Shown here: piece after piece, positions 26,938 through 34,552 of the stretch
How positions within the stretch are numbered: position 1 is the first letter of the stretch
Layout: each line of letters opens with the position of its first letter
IMG/VR virus record: IMGVR_UViG_2585427590_000001
Location: 5,971 to 69,970 of that record
From: a virus
Lineage: Duplodnaviria > Caudoviricetes
DNA: 64,000 nt
Direction: 5' to 3' (one strand)
Program-made: the position numbers and the translations under genes
The notes under the pieces: model-generated
Told to the model about the DNA's origin: nothing
The model's database searches: none
What the model saw: only the letters and a program-made list of their open reading frames with translations

Positions 26938-28308
26938 TCACGACGGAGCTGACCAGTTCAACAGCGTGCGCGGGTCCGTGACCTTGCGCAACTCGACCTC
27001 GCCGCACTTGACGATTGGCGTTCCAGAAACGTTGGCGTCAAAGGTAATTTCAGTACGCCAGCGGCCGTTTGGAGCTGCGCCGATGATCTGGAAAGGTGGC
27101 GTCTCTAGATAGCCGGCCCGCGCCTGCGCCGCCCATTTCTCGTTCGCTGAACCACTGTTATACGGCTCCATCGCATACGAGATGATGCCCCCCGATGTCT
27201 GGTCGGAAGCATACAACGCGACACCGGTGAACCCGGCGTAGTTGTTCGTTTCGATCTTGCAACGAGCCTGTATCCAGTCACCGACAGCCATCCCGCTAAG
27301 CGCGGTATCTGCGGCGTTGGTGCGGAAATAGAACTTGTCTTCCGCTGTACCTGCCGGAGTGAAAGTCATCACCTGATATTCGCCGAGACCATCGGCCCGG
27401 GCCTCTTTCGAAGCGACGACAGACGATCCGCCCGCAGACCGCTCCACGCGCATGCCGGTTGCCACGGTCCCGGTAGCGCCAGTTCCAAGCGTTCCTGTAG
27501 TGCCGAGGCAGAGAGGGTTTACCAACCGGTTGCCAAGCGGGTTATTTGTCGCGTCATACAGATCGTCAGGGTATGCGGTGAAGCCCTGCGCTGCAGGGAG
27601 GATCGTCGCGAGGAATTGAGCCAACGCATAGCCGACAGCCTCGCCGCCCTTCGGGTTGAAATGGATCGCGTCAGGCGAATAACCGCTCTTTGGCTCGCCG
27701 TAGGTGGACGCGAAATCAACCCAAGAAAGGTTCCAGTCGAAGAAATAGCAGTTCTTCTTCGTGCGGCAGAACTCGCGCGTCTTGCGGTTGATCCAGTTGG
27801 CCTTGGCGCGCTCCGGGCCGCCTCCCGTCCAGGATCCGACGCCACGCGCAAGGATTGGCATGAGGATGACGATCTTGCCGAACGAGAGATAGTAGTTCGC
27901 GAGGCTTTCGCGTGCGGCCTGTATATCCTCTTTCGTCTGGGGCCCCATGTCGTTTGTTCCATCATCGATAACGACGATGTCGCAATCTACCTTGGTAGCG
28001 AGATACGACTTACGCGCCTCGATCTGCGCGAACGTCTGGCCGCTGACGCCTGCATTCAAGCCTTGAAAATAGCGAGTTGCACCCCCGACACCGGAAGGCT
28101 CCCAACCTGCGTAGACGGTGCTGTCAAACCATATCGGGCAAGAGAACAAACGGCTGCCGTAAAACCGCGCCCACGACAACCAACCACGTGACCAGTGGCT
28201 AATCTTCGGGCTGATCGTCCCGTTCTCACAGTGCTGAACGAGCGACGTGCCGATCACGCCGAGGCGGTAGCCGCGAGCGGGTACAACATTTTCAAGATTG
28301 AGTGTCAT
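26938..28308 (-). CDS. SGNH/GDSL hydrolase-domain protein, probable virion-associated polysaccharide esterase
   Basis: Blocks IGTSL, NAGVSG, DDGTND, DAIH; C-terminal beta-sandwich-like region. Confidence 0.8.
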   Translation of the reverse strand: MTLNLENVVPARGYRLGVIGTSLVQHCENGTISPKISHWSRGWLSWARFYGSRLFSCPIWFDSTVYAGWEPSGVGGATRYFQGLNAGVSGQTFAQIEARKSYLATKVDCDIVVIDDGTNDMGPQTKEDIQAARESLANYYLSFGKIVILMPILARGVGSWTGGGPERAKANWINRKTREFCRTKKNCYFFDWNLSWVDFASTYGEPKSGYSPDAIHFNPKGGEAVGYALAQFLATILPAAQGFTAYPDDLYDATNNPLGNRLVNPLCLGTTGTLGTGATGTVATGMRVERSAGGSSVVASKEARADGLGEYQVMTFTPAGTAEDKFYFRTNAADTALSGMAVGDWIQARCKIETNNYAGFTGVALYASDQTSGGIISYAMEPYNSGSANEKWAAQARAGYLETPPFQIIGAAPNGRWRTEITFDANVSGTPIVKCGEVELRKVTDPRTLLNWSAPS

Positions 28309-28511
28309 GCTGCTACCCTCAAGACGACGGGTTCATAGTTTCCGGTGACAGGATTTCGGGCCATCACCGGCTCATAGTTGCCGGTGGATGGATTGCGAGC
28401 TGTGGTGAGAGCGAAGCCAGCAGGCACCCGGATGCCTATGCGCCGGGGGCCGAGGCCAACAATGTTCGACGGCAGCCGAAGCCGTCGCTTCAAGCTACTG
28501 AGCGCGCCCAT
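28305..28511 (-). CDS. Small phage protein with tandem ARNPxTGNYEPV repeat
   Basis: Start and stop overlap both neighbours; two 13-aa repeats. Confidence 0.6.
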   Translation of the reverse strand: MGALSSLKRRLRLPSNIVGLGPRRIGIRVPAGFALTTARNPSTGNYEPVMARNPVTGNYEPVVLRVAA

Positions 28512-28834
28512 CAGGTGGCAGCCGTCCAGACAAAGGCGTCGCCAGGCGTCACGTAGAGATCGTGGGGGCCATCGGCCGCGCGGAGAAGATGAAGCTTCCC
28601 GGTCCCGATGTTTGGAGTTTTGCCGTCGTGGCAGCAGAAGATGTCGATCTTGTTGGTAATGCGGAAGATCGGCAGCAGTCCATCCTTGTCGATGGCGGTG
28701 TTCGTGGTCACGGCGCCGTCAGCTGGCTCTTCGAACCATTGCGGCAGCTTCATGAGAGCCTGCTTATCGGGCCCGCGGCCATCACCGCCAGCATAGCCCT
28801 GAATAACGTGAACGTTCGGAATTGCACGCGCCAT
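28511..28834 (-). CDS. Phage hypothetical protein (possible virion accessory)
   Basis: AAGGA RBS; ATG at 28834; preceded by the GCGCAAGAGTGC hairpin. Confidence 0.65.
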   Translation of the reverse strand: MARAIPNVHVIQGYAGGDGRGPDKQALMKLPQWFEEPADGAVTTNTAIDKDGLLPIFRITNKIDIFCCHDGKTPNIGTGKLHLLRAADGPHDLYVTPGDAFVWTAAT

Positions 28835-28858
28835 CTCGATTCCTTTCAAGCGAGGATG

Positions 28859-28890
28859 GCACTCTTGCGCCTGAAAGATGCCGCACCATA
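28859..28890 (-). promoter_or_regulatory. -10-like TATGGT plus GCGCAAGAGTGC leader hairpin
   Basis: Third copy of the hairpin, 14 nt downstream of a -10-like hexamer. Confidence 0.55.
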
Positions 28891-28922
28891 TCGCACAATT
28901 AAGCGATGAGAAAGATCCACGT

Positions 28923-29050
28923 TTGCCGCCGGAATACGTACCAAAATACAAGTGGACGCCCGACGTGGCCGGGTGAAACCGGCCTCGACGGCAAGCCACT
29001 ACAGGATTTCCAGGGCTGGGACGGCGAGGACCCGGTCGGAGCCGGCCGAC
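28923..29050 (+). pseudogene. Frameshifted, truncated remnant of a small rhizobial hypothetical gene
   Basis: PEYVPKYKW in one frame continues as TWPGETGLDGKPLQDFQGWDGEDPVG in another. Confidence 0.35.
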
Positions 29051-29094
29051 GAGAGCTGGCTGTTAGCGCATTACTTGAGAGCGCCTGCCTTACA

Positions 29095-30372
29095 TCACTT
29101 TCCTAGCTGTCCGAGTTTATCCGAGCAACGCAGATAAAATAGGAAGTAAGGTTCCACAAAATCAAGGACATCTTCGTCCCATTCAATCGCTGGCGCGCTT
29201 GCGTTTGACTCCTTGGACAACTCGGTCATTTGCTGCAGAGCGGCATTCACACTCGAGCCAGCGGGTGCCTCATCGACGCAGACGTTTTTAATTCTGAAAA
29301 GTATTTCGTCGTAACGAAGCGCCAATTGAGCAGGCTCACGGGCCATCGCCATCAACACTGCCCGATAAACGTCGCCGGTGCTCCCGTCGTCCAACCTGAA
29401 AGTTTTCCTTTCTGTGCCGCGCTGCCGCGGGCCAGCATGAATTTTCTCCAGTAGTGATGACCAATCTGTAAACGTCGAGGTTTGGAGAAATACTGCCTTA
29501 ATGTCATCTTCTGACACGTCCACTCGCACGTGCTCGGGCAAAGGCCGTCTGATCCCTTTTTGAAAGCATAAGTTCAGGCAAAGACTCTGCATCAGCTGTG
29601 GCGAACCAAACGCCTCGTCCGCGAGCCGTTCGATCACTGACGGCGCTAAATCCACATTAAGCACCGGGAACCCATTATTGGCGATCATTTTCAAATGATC
29701 TTTCGACCAGTATCCCAGATCTACCGCCGCGAGCCTGCCTCGCAATTCTGGATTTGATCTAACGACGTCGTCGGAGCGGTGCGGCACCGATGCAGTGCAG
29801 ATTTTAACCCCGTTCTCGATCGCGGCCTTGATGTTCTTTCCGATTTCTTCTTGGTGCTCGGGCGGAATGTAGTGAAAGTCATCAATGAAGACAACAAAGT
29901 CACTGCCACCGATCTCGTTGATTACCGCCGGCAACCCTCTCTTCGCAAACGTCTTGGTTACGCCTGAGACAGTCTTTCGCTCTACCTTAAAATCACCACT
30001 GGCATTGCCCTCGGCGATTAAAGGGATGCCGACCTTCCCGCCTGCGTTCGCCCCAGCACCGAACATGAGCTCCTTTTCGCCAGAATGCTCCTCAGCATCC
30101 GGCACATCCATCCATCTCAAAATTGTCTGCCATAGGTCGTCGGCTGATTTCAACGATGCGCCGTTGATGTTGATAAGCAAGTTAGGATCGATGACTTTTT
30201 TAAGCAGCACCGTCTTACCCGACTTAGATGGCCCAGAAACAGAGACTGCCATGTTCTTCATGGAGAACGCGTCTTGTAGCCGTTGTTCGAGCTCCAGCTC
30301 GGCACGATCTACGTAGGTATATACCGGGCTGCTGTTCGGCGTAAAAACGTCAGTAGCGGTGATTGTTGCCAT
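29095..30372 (-). CDS. P-loop (AAA+/STAND-like) ATPase, moron
   Basis: Walker A VSGPSKSGKT, Walker B VVFIDDFH; AT-richer than neighbours; GGGAG RBS. Confidence 0.85.
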   Translation of the reverse strand: MATITATDVFTPNSSPVYTYVDRAELELEQRLQDAFSMKNMAVSVSGPSKSGKTVLLKKVIDPNLLININGASLKSADDLWQTILRWMDVPDAEEHSGEKELMFGAGANAGGKVGIPLIAEGNASGDFKVERKTVSGVTKTFAKRGLPAVINEIGGSDFVVFIDDFHYIPPEHQEEIGKNIKAAIENGVKICTASVPHRSDDVVRSNPELRGRLAAVDLGYWSKDHLKMIANNGFPVLNVDLAPSVIERLADEAFGSPQLMQSLCLNLCFQKGIRRPLPEHVRVDVSEDDIKAVFLQTSTFTDWSSLLEKIHAGPRQRGTERKTFRLDDGSTGDVYRAVLMAMAREPAQLALRYDEILFRIKNVCVDEAPAGSSVNAALQQMTELSKESNASAPAIEWDEDVLDFVEPYFLFYLRCSDKLGQLGK

Positions 30373-30560
30373 TGATTCCCAGACTCCCATTTCAATCTAA
30401 GGGTGAAACCATATCAGCAATGTTGTGACAAGATGCTATCTCAGGATGTTTCGCATATAGACTGCTGAACTGTCCTTTTTGTAACGCAGCCCCTTAGTCC
30501 ATGCATGTTATCGGGACCAGCAGCGAGGCGGGTCAAATTTCCTTGCGGCTTTGACGTCGG

Positions 30561-30995
30561 CTAGATCTTGTCGGGGTCGAAATCGGGCCCCGTTACCCAC
30601 CTCTTGATCAGCGCCTGGTACACGGCGCGACCATTCATCCGCCGCATGATCCGGCTCCGGTCGCGCAACGTCACCTCATGCGTTGGCGGGTTGTTGCGGA
30701 CGATCATCCGGAACGCCTCATTTGCCGCCCACGGATCGTTAGCGCCACCGACGGTCTCGGGGTATCGAGCGAAGGGCGGACGAACGTCGATCGTGTGGAT
30801 GAAGTGATCGCCGTGGAAATCGGGCGGACCGCTGTCGGGAATGACCATGACGTCATCCTGTTTGCCGACTTCGCACAGCTCGAGCCGCTCTTTCCCATAA
30901 ATCCATACGACTACCAGCTCGCCGTCGCGCATGCGCCGCGCCTTCGAGCAAACCTGCCACTCACCCATATAGCTGACCAGCCGGCATTCGCGCAT
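30561..30995 (-). CDS. Hypothetical protein, probably SOS-regulated
   Basis: GGAG RBS overlapped by a LexA-type box. Confidence 0.6.
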   Translation of the reverse strand: MRECRLVSYMGEWQVCSKARRMRDGELVVVWIYGKERLELCEVGKQDDVMVIPDSGPPDFHGDHFIHTIDVRPPFARYPETVGGANDPWAANEAFRMIVRNNPPTHEVTLRDRSRIMRRMNGRAVYQALIKRWVTGPDFDPDKI

Positions 30996-30998
30996 TTT

Positions 30999-31013
30999 GT
31001 TCTCCGTTCGTTC
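30999..31013. promoter_or_regulatory. Alphaproteobacterial LexA (SOS) box
   Basis: GTTC-TCCGTTC-GTTC, exact GTTC-N7-GTTC. Confidence 0.7.
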
Positions 31014-31063
31014 TCATCGCAATTAGCGCTGACCGCGCTATCTGTCCAGAGTCGGAGTGCATC

Positions 31064-31378
31064 ATGACCGACAACCCCTCACCGATTCCCATCACACCAC
31101 TCGGTGCGGTAATGCCGCGCTCGAAGGGCGCCAAGATCGTGTACAGCGTTGCCGATCTCGCCCATCTGTTGCTGCATGAATGGCCCACTGAAAAACGCGG
31201 TGACGCCTGGTACGCGGCCCAGTCCGCTTGCCTACGAGCTCTGGAAGCTCAGTCGAACGGATATGCTGCACGCGCTGCGTTCGTGATGGCTGCCAGAGAT
31301 GCTGGCATTTCGATTGTGCAGGGCGATGTTCTGCCATCGTGGCAATCGAAGCACACGAAAAAAACCGCTCCCGAATGA
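31064..31378 (+). CDS. DUF982 family protein
   Basis: SVADLAHLLLHEWP...AQSACLRAL...ARAAFVMAARDAGI. Confidence 0.8.
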   Translation: MTDNPSPIPITPLGAVMPRSKGAKIVYSVADLAHLLLHEWPTEKRGDAWYAAQSACLRALEAQSNGYAARAAFVMAARDAGISIVQGDVLPSWQSKHTKKTAPE

Positions 31379-31417
31379 CGGAAGCGGGTCAAGCGTGAAC
31401 CCATAGCGGGGCTAATT

Positions 31418-32032
31418 TTACGCCGCAACCGCGGTGGCATCAACACCCTTCGGCCCGTCAATGATGTAGCGGTAGAGTTCCTCTGCGTGCCGCGTCACAT
31501 CGGTCGGACCTGTCATCGGCAGTGTGAGCTCAACGCAATAGAGCCGCAACTGCTCGGGGCTCCAATAACAGGGGTTTGCGTGGCGTGAGGTTACGATACC
31601 AGTATCCGGCTCCGGCACCTCACAACTCTCGCAGTCCGTCGGCGGCTCGCTGTTGACGAACTCCCGCTCAAACGTCCCCTCATCGTATACGGCAACTACG
31701 CCCAGGCTGTCGCGGGCGATGTAGTCTTCCGGCCGCGCCTTGGCATCCTCTGGCACCTGAAGCAGCGTGACGCCGTCGCCAGCAATCACCATCTGGCCGC
31801 ATGCATAGATCTCGCGGACCCAGCTCGGCAGTGTGCTCCAATCGTCCTCCGGAGAGGCGATAATCTCACGTGCCTGCACTGCCTCGACCCGCACGGGTAT
31901 CTTCAAATATTCGCGCATTGCTTTAACGCTCTCCTTCAAGCCTATGGTCCTGCTGATGTTTGTAACGGTATGATGCTCGAAATTATGCTCTAAAATCTTG
32001 GCGATCTCGTCAGGCGTCCACTGATCGCTCAT
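31418..32032 (-). CDS. Phage hypothetical protein
   Basis: 204 aa; AAGGAG RBS; ATGA overlap; YLKIPVRVEAVQ motif. Confidence 0.7.
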   Translation of the reverse strand: MSDQWTPDEIAKILEHNFEHHTVTNISRTIGLKESVKAMREYLKIPVRVEAVQAREIIASPEDDWSTLPSWVREIYACGQMVIAGDGVTLLQVPEDAKARPEDYIARDSLGVVAVYDEGTFEREFVNSEPPTDCESCEVPEPDTGIVTSRHANPCYWSPEQLRLYCVELTLPMTGPTDVTRHAEELYRYIIDGPKGVDATAVAA

Positions 32033-32412
32033 AGTGACTCCTTGACCTCTTCTGCAGTGACCTTGTGGAAAATGTAGCCGGTCAGCGCGAACCGATTGCG
32101 ATACTCGATAGCGAGCAGTGCTGGATCATGCTGGATACACAGGGTGTCCAGTTTGGCGTCCATAGGGTATGGCAAAACTCGAGCCGTCGAAACGAGACGG
32201 ACGGGATAGTCCATCATCGTCGGCTCGCCTGACCGCCCAAAACCAAACAGGCGCCCGAATTGATCGAACTTCCTCACTAGGCTGAAGGTTTCATGGTCCA
32301 GCACCCAGCATACCGGCTCGCAATCTCTAGCATGCACCCGATGGAGCATTTCGCCCAATAGATTGGTGACGTGGTTCTCAGCCTCTTTGAGGTGCTTGAT
32401 AAGCTCGTGCAT
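32029..32412 (-). CDS. Phage hypothetical protein
   Basis: Coupled to both neighbours. Confidence 0.6.
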   Translation of the reverse strand: MHELIKHLKEAENHVTNLLGEMLHRVHARDCEPVCWVLDHETFSLVRKFDQFGRLFGFGRSGEPTMMDYPVRLVSTARVLPYPMDAKLDTLCIQHDPALLAIEYRNRFALTGYIFHKVTAEEVKESL

Positions 32413-32645
32413 TAGAACGGAATCCCATCATCGCCGCGCGCTGGCTTCTTGATCTTCACGCTCTCGACGACAGGTTGGGCAGCGGAGAAAGCGTCCACGG
32501 CAGCGAGCACAACGAACGTTGCGCCGGGATTCAACCTTGCAAGGCGTTCCGCCTCTGCCGTAGCCTGGGCCTTGGATCGGTGCTGATACGTCGAGCCGCG
32601 CTGGCCGACGCCATAGACCATCCAGAATTTCGAAATTTCACTCAT
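32412..32645 (-). CDS. Phage hypothetical protein
   Basis: FWMVYG...H.S...A..EAERLA..NPG..F.VL motif; GAGG RBS. Confidence 0.7.
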   Translation of the reverse strand: MSEISKFWMVYGVGQRGSTYQHRSKAQATAEAERLARLNPGATFVVLAAVDAFSAAQPVVESVKIKKPARGDDGIPF

Positions 32646-32857
32646 TCGCACCTCGTAACAATCTGCGACCCGGCAAGCTTCAGCTCGCCCTCGGCCGTCT
32701 TCACCCACCACTCAAGTCGGAAAGACCTGCACCGGGGGGCGCTCTCGTCATGCTGCGTCTCAATCGTCGGACGCTCTGGCTTCAATGGCTCCTGCTTCGC
32801 CAACGCCGCACCTGTAGCGACGGAACCAACCAGAGCGCCGACGATCGCCGCCCTCAT
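32642..32857 (-). CDS. Small exported phage protein
   Basis: Signal peptide MRAAIVGALVGSVATGAALA; two Cys. Confidence 0.5.
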   Translation of the reverse strand: MRAAIVGALVGSVATGAALAKQEPLKPERPTIETQHDESAPRCRSFRLEWWVKTAEGELKLAGSQIVTRCE

Positions 32858-32859
32858 CT

Positions 32860-33105
32860 TCAAAATCCGCAAGCGAAGATGATGATTGCCCAGGCAGCGG
32901 CAGAAAAGCCGATCCACGAAACCCAAAAATGGAAGAATTTCGCTTGATCGTCCTGCGCCGAAAACTGAGAGATGACTGCAAGGAGCGCCGCGAACAGCGC
33001 TGCTACCCTCGCCCAATGGCCGCCGTATTGAATGATTGTCAGGAGAAGCAGCAAAGCGAACAGCGTTGCAGCGATCGCACTTGCGGTACGGCGTAATTCA
33101 CTCAT
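32860..33105 (-). CDS. Small 3-TM membrane protein
   Basis: 81 aa with three hydrophobic segments. Confidence 0.65.
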   Translation of the reverse strand: MSELRRTASAIAATLFALLLLLTIIQYGGHWARVAALFAALLAVISQFSAQDDQAKFFHFWVSWIGFSAAAWAIIIFACGF

Positions 33106-33220
33106 GCCCTAATGATCCTGCTGGTAGGCAGATTGGGGCGCGGTAACGTCCACGAACACAGACGCGCGTTGCTTCTTTGCATACCGCGCCCCGGTCCGCT
33201 CGGGGGTTATGGGAGACGAC

Positions 33221-33297
33221 TGGTTGCGGGAGCTGGATTTGAACCAGCGACCTATAGGTTATGAGCCTAACGAGCTACCGGGCTGCTCTACCCCGCA
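33221..33297 (-). tRNA. tRNA-Met(CAT), initiator-like variant
   Basis: TGCGGGGTAGAGCAGCCCGGTAGCTCG-TTAGGCTCATAACCTAT-AGGTCGCTGGTTCAAATCCAGCTCCCGCAACCA; cloverleaf with encoded CCA. Confidence 0.92.
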
Positions 33298-33376
33298 TCA
33301 GTCGATAATTGTGACAAGAAAGTTGGCTAGGATTTTTGTCAACGGGGATCGGCAACATTCACAGATGCCGGAGCGG

Positions 33377-33388
33377 GCACTCTTGCGC
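33377..33388 (-). promoter_or_regulatory. GCGCAAGAGTGC hairpin directly after the csrA-like gene
   Basis: Fourth copy of the motif; no CDS follows it. Confidence 0.55.
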
Positions 33389-33399
33389 CCGTGCGTCCG

Positions 33400-33573
33400 T
33401 TACTTCGTGACCAGCTCACGGTCCGCCCCCGGGATCGGGAGCAGCTTGATCTCTTGATCTGTGTTGACGTCGAAGGCGAGTTTGGCGCAACGGCCGCTCT
33501 TTTCCTTCAGAATGATCCTCCCGACGCCCGGGATATCGACTGCCTGTCCGATCTTAACCGTGAGATGGAGCAT
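33400..33573 (-). CDS. CsrA/RsmA-like small protein (57 aa; absent from the ORF track)
   Basis: GAGG RBS; MLHLTVKIGQAVDIPGVGRIILKEKSGRCAKLAFDVNTDQEIKLL aligns with the CsrA beta-strand pattern; sits after the scaffold gene. Confidence 0.7.
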   Translation of the reverse strand: MLHLTVKIGQAVDIPGVGRIILKEKSGRCAKLAFDVNTDQEIKLLPIPGADRELVTK

Positions 33574-33579
33574 TGTGCC

Positions 33580-34539
33580 TCACTGAGCCAGGTATTGTTC
33601 GCGCTTGGCTTCCGGCAAGGCGGCGAGCGCCTTCTCGTAACCAAGGGAATCGTTCTTCGACAACATGCGGTCGAGGTGCGCGAACTCGCCACCATCATCC
33701 GCGTCCGTTGGATCAGAGGCAGGCACATGCGCCAGCGTCGGCGGAGGATCGTCCCGCTTCTTCGCTGGCTTCCCCGGATCCGCCTGCTTGCCCGTGGGCT
33801 TCCCGGCCGGGTTCGGATCGGTAGGCTTGAACGCCGACGTGATCTCGCCGGAGATCTTCGCATGCGCCTTCGCGAGGATCTTTGGATTGAGCGGGTTTAC
33901 CGCCTCCGACTGAAGCTGACGTACCTCGGCGTCGAGCGCATTACGCAGGAACTTCGACTTGGCGTATTCCGGATGCTCGCCCATGAAGGTGGCGACATCA
34001 TCCCTCCAAGTGTCGATCGCGGTATCACGCGCGACGTCCGCCCTGATCTTGAGGCTCTTCAGCTCATCGCCTTGCTTATCGAGCGCCTTCATCTGCGCAC
34101 GATACTCGGCGCCGGTCAGCTCGCCGTCGTCGAACTTCTCGGTGAGCGCGTCCTTCTGCGCCTCGATGCCGTCTATTTTCGTCTGGTGGTCTGCCGGCAG
34201 TATCCAGCGTGGGGCCTGCTCCTCCGGCTCTTCCTCAGTCGTCTGTTCGACAACTGGCGGTTCCACTGCTGCGGCGGCCTCGGCTGCCTTCGCGTCCGGA
34301 GCTGCAACAGCCGCAGCTTCTGCGGCAGTGACATCATCACCGTTGTTTTCGCCGTCTTCATCGTCCCCACCTGTGTCGTCGTCGCCGGTTTCAGCACCAG
34401 CGGCGGTGGCAGTCGTATCGTCAGCGCCGTCATCGCCGCCGTCTTCATCGCCTTCGCCCTCGTCGATCTCCTCGAGGAGGCCTTCGCGTTCTTCGTCTGT
34501 GAGCAGCGCGAGCTGCTCCGCACTCATTTTGTCGATCAT
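33580..34539 (-). CDS. Capsid scaffolding protein
   Basis: Highly acidic, coiled coil, C-terminal PPTLAHVPAS...YEKALA; follows portal. Confidence 0.8.
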   Translation of the reverse strand: MIDKMSAEQLALLTDEEREGLLEEIDEGEGDEDGGDDGADDTTATAAGAETGDDDTGGDDEDGENNGDDVTAAEAAAVAAPDAKAAEAAAAVEPPVVEQTTEEEPEEQAPRWILPADHQTKIDGIEAQKDALTEKFDDGELTGAEYRAQMKALDKQGDELKSLKIRADVARDTAIDTWRDDVATFMGEHPEYAKSKFLRNALDAEVRQLQSEAVNPLNPKILAKAHAKISGEITSAFKPTDPNPAGKPTGKQADPGKPAKKRDDPPPTLAHVPASDPTDADDGGEFAHLDRMLSKNDSLGYEKALAALPEAKREQYLAQ

Positions 34540-34552
34540 TTCGCCCTCGTCG

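Noticed and set aside
32860-33105. 3-TM protein as holin of a lysis cassette
   Set aside because: No endolysin or spanin recognised nearby; kept only as a membrane protein
33221-33297. tRNA-Met as the prophage attachment site
   Set aside because: Phage genes lie on both sides, no integrase is adjacent, and no duplicate of its 3' end was seen
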